A DNA stretch of 63,700 nucleotides, counting the filler, from Calcarisporiella thermophila CBS 279.70 (Eukaryota > Fungi > Calcarisporiellomycota): NCBI RefSeq assembly GCF_041956535.1. It is 11 parts of 10 records of this genome, joined end to end, with 100 filler letters (N's around TTAATTAATTAA, not from the genome) between each part and the next. Parts side by side here need not be neighbours in the genome. Positions count along the whole stretch, not along the records: positions 62,028 to 63,700 come from NW_027192213.1; 10 more parts are not named here. One strand, given 5' to 3'. Positions 62,139 to 63,700 of the stretch are shown piece by piece. The notes beneath the pieces are model-generated. The model had not been told where the DNA came from, searched no databases, and saw only the letters and a program-made list of their open reading frames with translations. How positions within the stretch are numbered: position 1 is the stretch's first letter; each line of letters starts with the position of its first letter. The position numbers and the translations under genes are program-made.

Positions 62139-63695
62139 ATGGCGGACAAAATGCAAGTCGAGAATGTTGCGGGCGATAACAGCCTCACCGACAGCAATGT
62201 GGTCACCAAGTACCGCATGGCTGGCGACATTGTACACGGTAGGTAGATCGCGTCTTGCAGATAGGTCTTTTGTGGGTCTAGCGCGAGGGGAGAAGGCTTA
62301 CTGACACGAATTCCCGTTGTATTTAACCAGAGGCGCTCCAGCAGGTTGCCAATGCCGTGAAGCCCGATGTCTCTGTCCTTGAGCTGTGCAAGTTTGGTGA
62401 TGAGCTGATTTTGTCTATGGTGAGTGAATTGCTGCAATGGTGAGCGCAAGTACGTGCGTGTACATGCGCGCGTGTTTGTGCATTGATGGCTCCAACATTG
62501 GAGGAAGATAAGCTGACGCCAGTGCTTTTTGTCCTGTGCAGACCTCCAAGCTCTTCACAAAGAAGAAGCAGATCAAGAAAGGAATTGCATTCCCCACGTC
62601 GGTGTGCGTCAACAACACGGTCCAGAACTTCTCGCCCGGAAGCGAGCAAGATTCCGCGATTATCCGAGCAGGCGATGTGGTCAAAATGTAAGCGTGATGC
62701 TAGGGGGGTTTTTTGGGGAACATGGCAGCACAGTTTCTTTGAATTCTAACCGATGGCGTGTAGTGAGCTAGGTGCACAGGTTGATGGATACGTGGCCACA
62801 GCAGCACACACGGTGGTTGCGAACCCCACGGCCGACGCGGCTACGGGACGCGTTGCAGATGTGATCTGCGCCGCTCACTTCGCTATGGAGTCGGCAGTGC
62901 GCGTGCTCAAGGCTGGAGCCAAGAGCACGGACGTCACAAAGGCGATTGCGGATGCAGCAGCAGCGTTCAACTGCCGTCCCGTGGTGAATGCCTTCAGCCA
63001 CCCCATCAAGCGATTCGAGCCGACAAGCTCGACTCGGGTGATTCCGTGCGGAGAGGACCGCGAACAGCCGGCGGAGGAGTTCACGATTGAGGCGGGAGAG
63101 GTGTACTCGCTGAACGTGGTGGTGAGCACTGGCGAGGGTAAGGCCAAGGAGACCGGTGACAAGCCCACGATCCTCCAGCGGAATGCAAGCAAGACGTACT
63201 CGTTGAAGCTGAAGACGGCACGTGCGGTGTTCACAGACATCAACGAGCGCTTTGGAGTGTTCCCCTTCCCCATCCGGTGAGTGGAGTGTACCCAGTCGAC
63301 TCCTTTCTGGAGCTCGGGCTATGCATGGCGTTGGAAAGAGATGAATGCTGATGTGTGTTTCTCTTGGTATTTCTAGGGCCTTGGACACCCGAAGCCGCAT
63401 GGGACTTACAGAGTGCTTCACCCACGAGCTTATTGTCCCGCACATGACACGGGTCGAGCGTGCTGGTGAATTCGTTGCTCAGCTCAAGACCACCATCCTC
63501 TTGGTACCCACAGGAGGCTCACGGATTGTGGCGCCGCTGGCCCTTCCCAATGTGCACTCGGAGTATCAGGTTCCCGAGGCCATCACTGCGCTTCTGAGGA
63601 CCTCTGGAGCCAAGACGGTGAAGCATGCCAAGGTTGCAGGAGCCACCGTGAGTATGGGTGAGAAGAAGGATGGGGATGCAATGGACCTTTCTTAA
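62139..63695 (+). CDS. PA2G4/Ebp1/Cdb4-like M24-fold protein, multi-exon
   Basis: VVTKYRMAGDI, KGIAFPTSVCVNN, ELGAQVDGY, VSTGEGK, YSLKLKTAR, GEFVAQLKTT. Confidence 0.9.
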
Positions 63696-63700
63696 AACGC

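Noticed and set aside
62028-63700. Higher GC of the last contig suggesting a foreign organism
   Set aside because: Intron style is fungal and other host genes here are also GC-richer than TE regions; not decidable without coverage data

Overview
Repeat-rich eukaryotic DNA from a fungus. Short GT-AG introns, the gene content and the TE types suggest an early-diverging, Mucoromycota-like lineage (inference). The window is 11 contigs joined by ten artificial 100-nt N/TTAATTAATTAA/N spacers, so adjacency across spacers is unproven. Host genes: DUF1769 protein, calmodulin, Nudix hydrolase, a large low-complexity protein, CREG-like protein, self-sufficient P450-reductase fusion, multicopper oxidase, three small secreted Cys-rich proteins, DUF427, BSD-domain protein, Bqt4-like KilA-N protein, Ebp1/Cdb4-like protein and three tRNAs. 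Interspersed are Ty3/Gypsy, DIRS, LINE, Tc1 and CACTA-like relics and many solo LTRs. Most notable: (1) a ~3-kb cassette in which ~150-160-bp imperfect inverted repeats enclose one intact, intronless, G-rich, virus-like 866-aa ORF with no recognisable transposase; (2) a complete tRNA-headed SINE with encoded CCA and a 16-bp TSD, whose 3' stem-loop matches a LINE in the same window; (3) four related LTR elements stacked at one 5-bp target site; (4) LTR-like termini exactly 10 bp upstream of two tRNA genes; (5) a candidate -1 gag/pol slippery site; (6) two densely base-paired noncoding segments.
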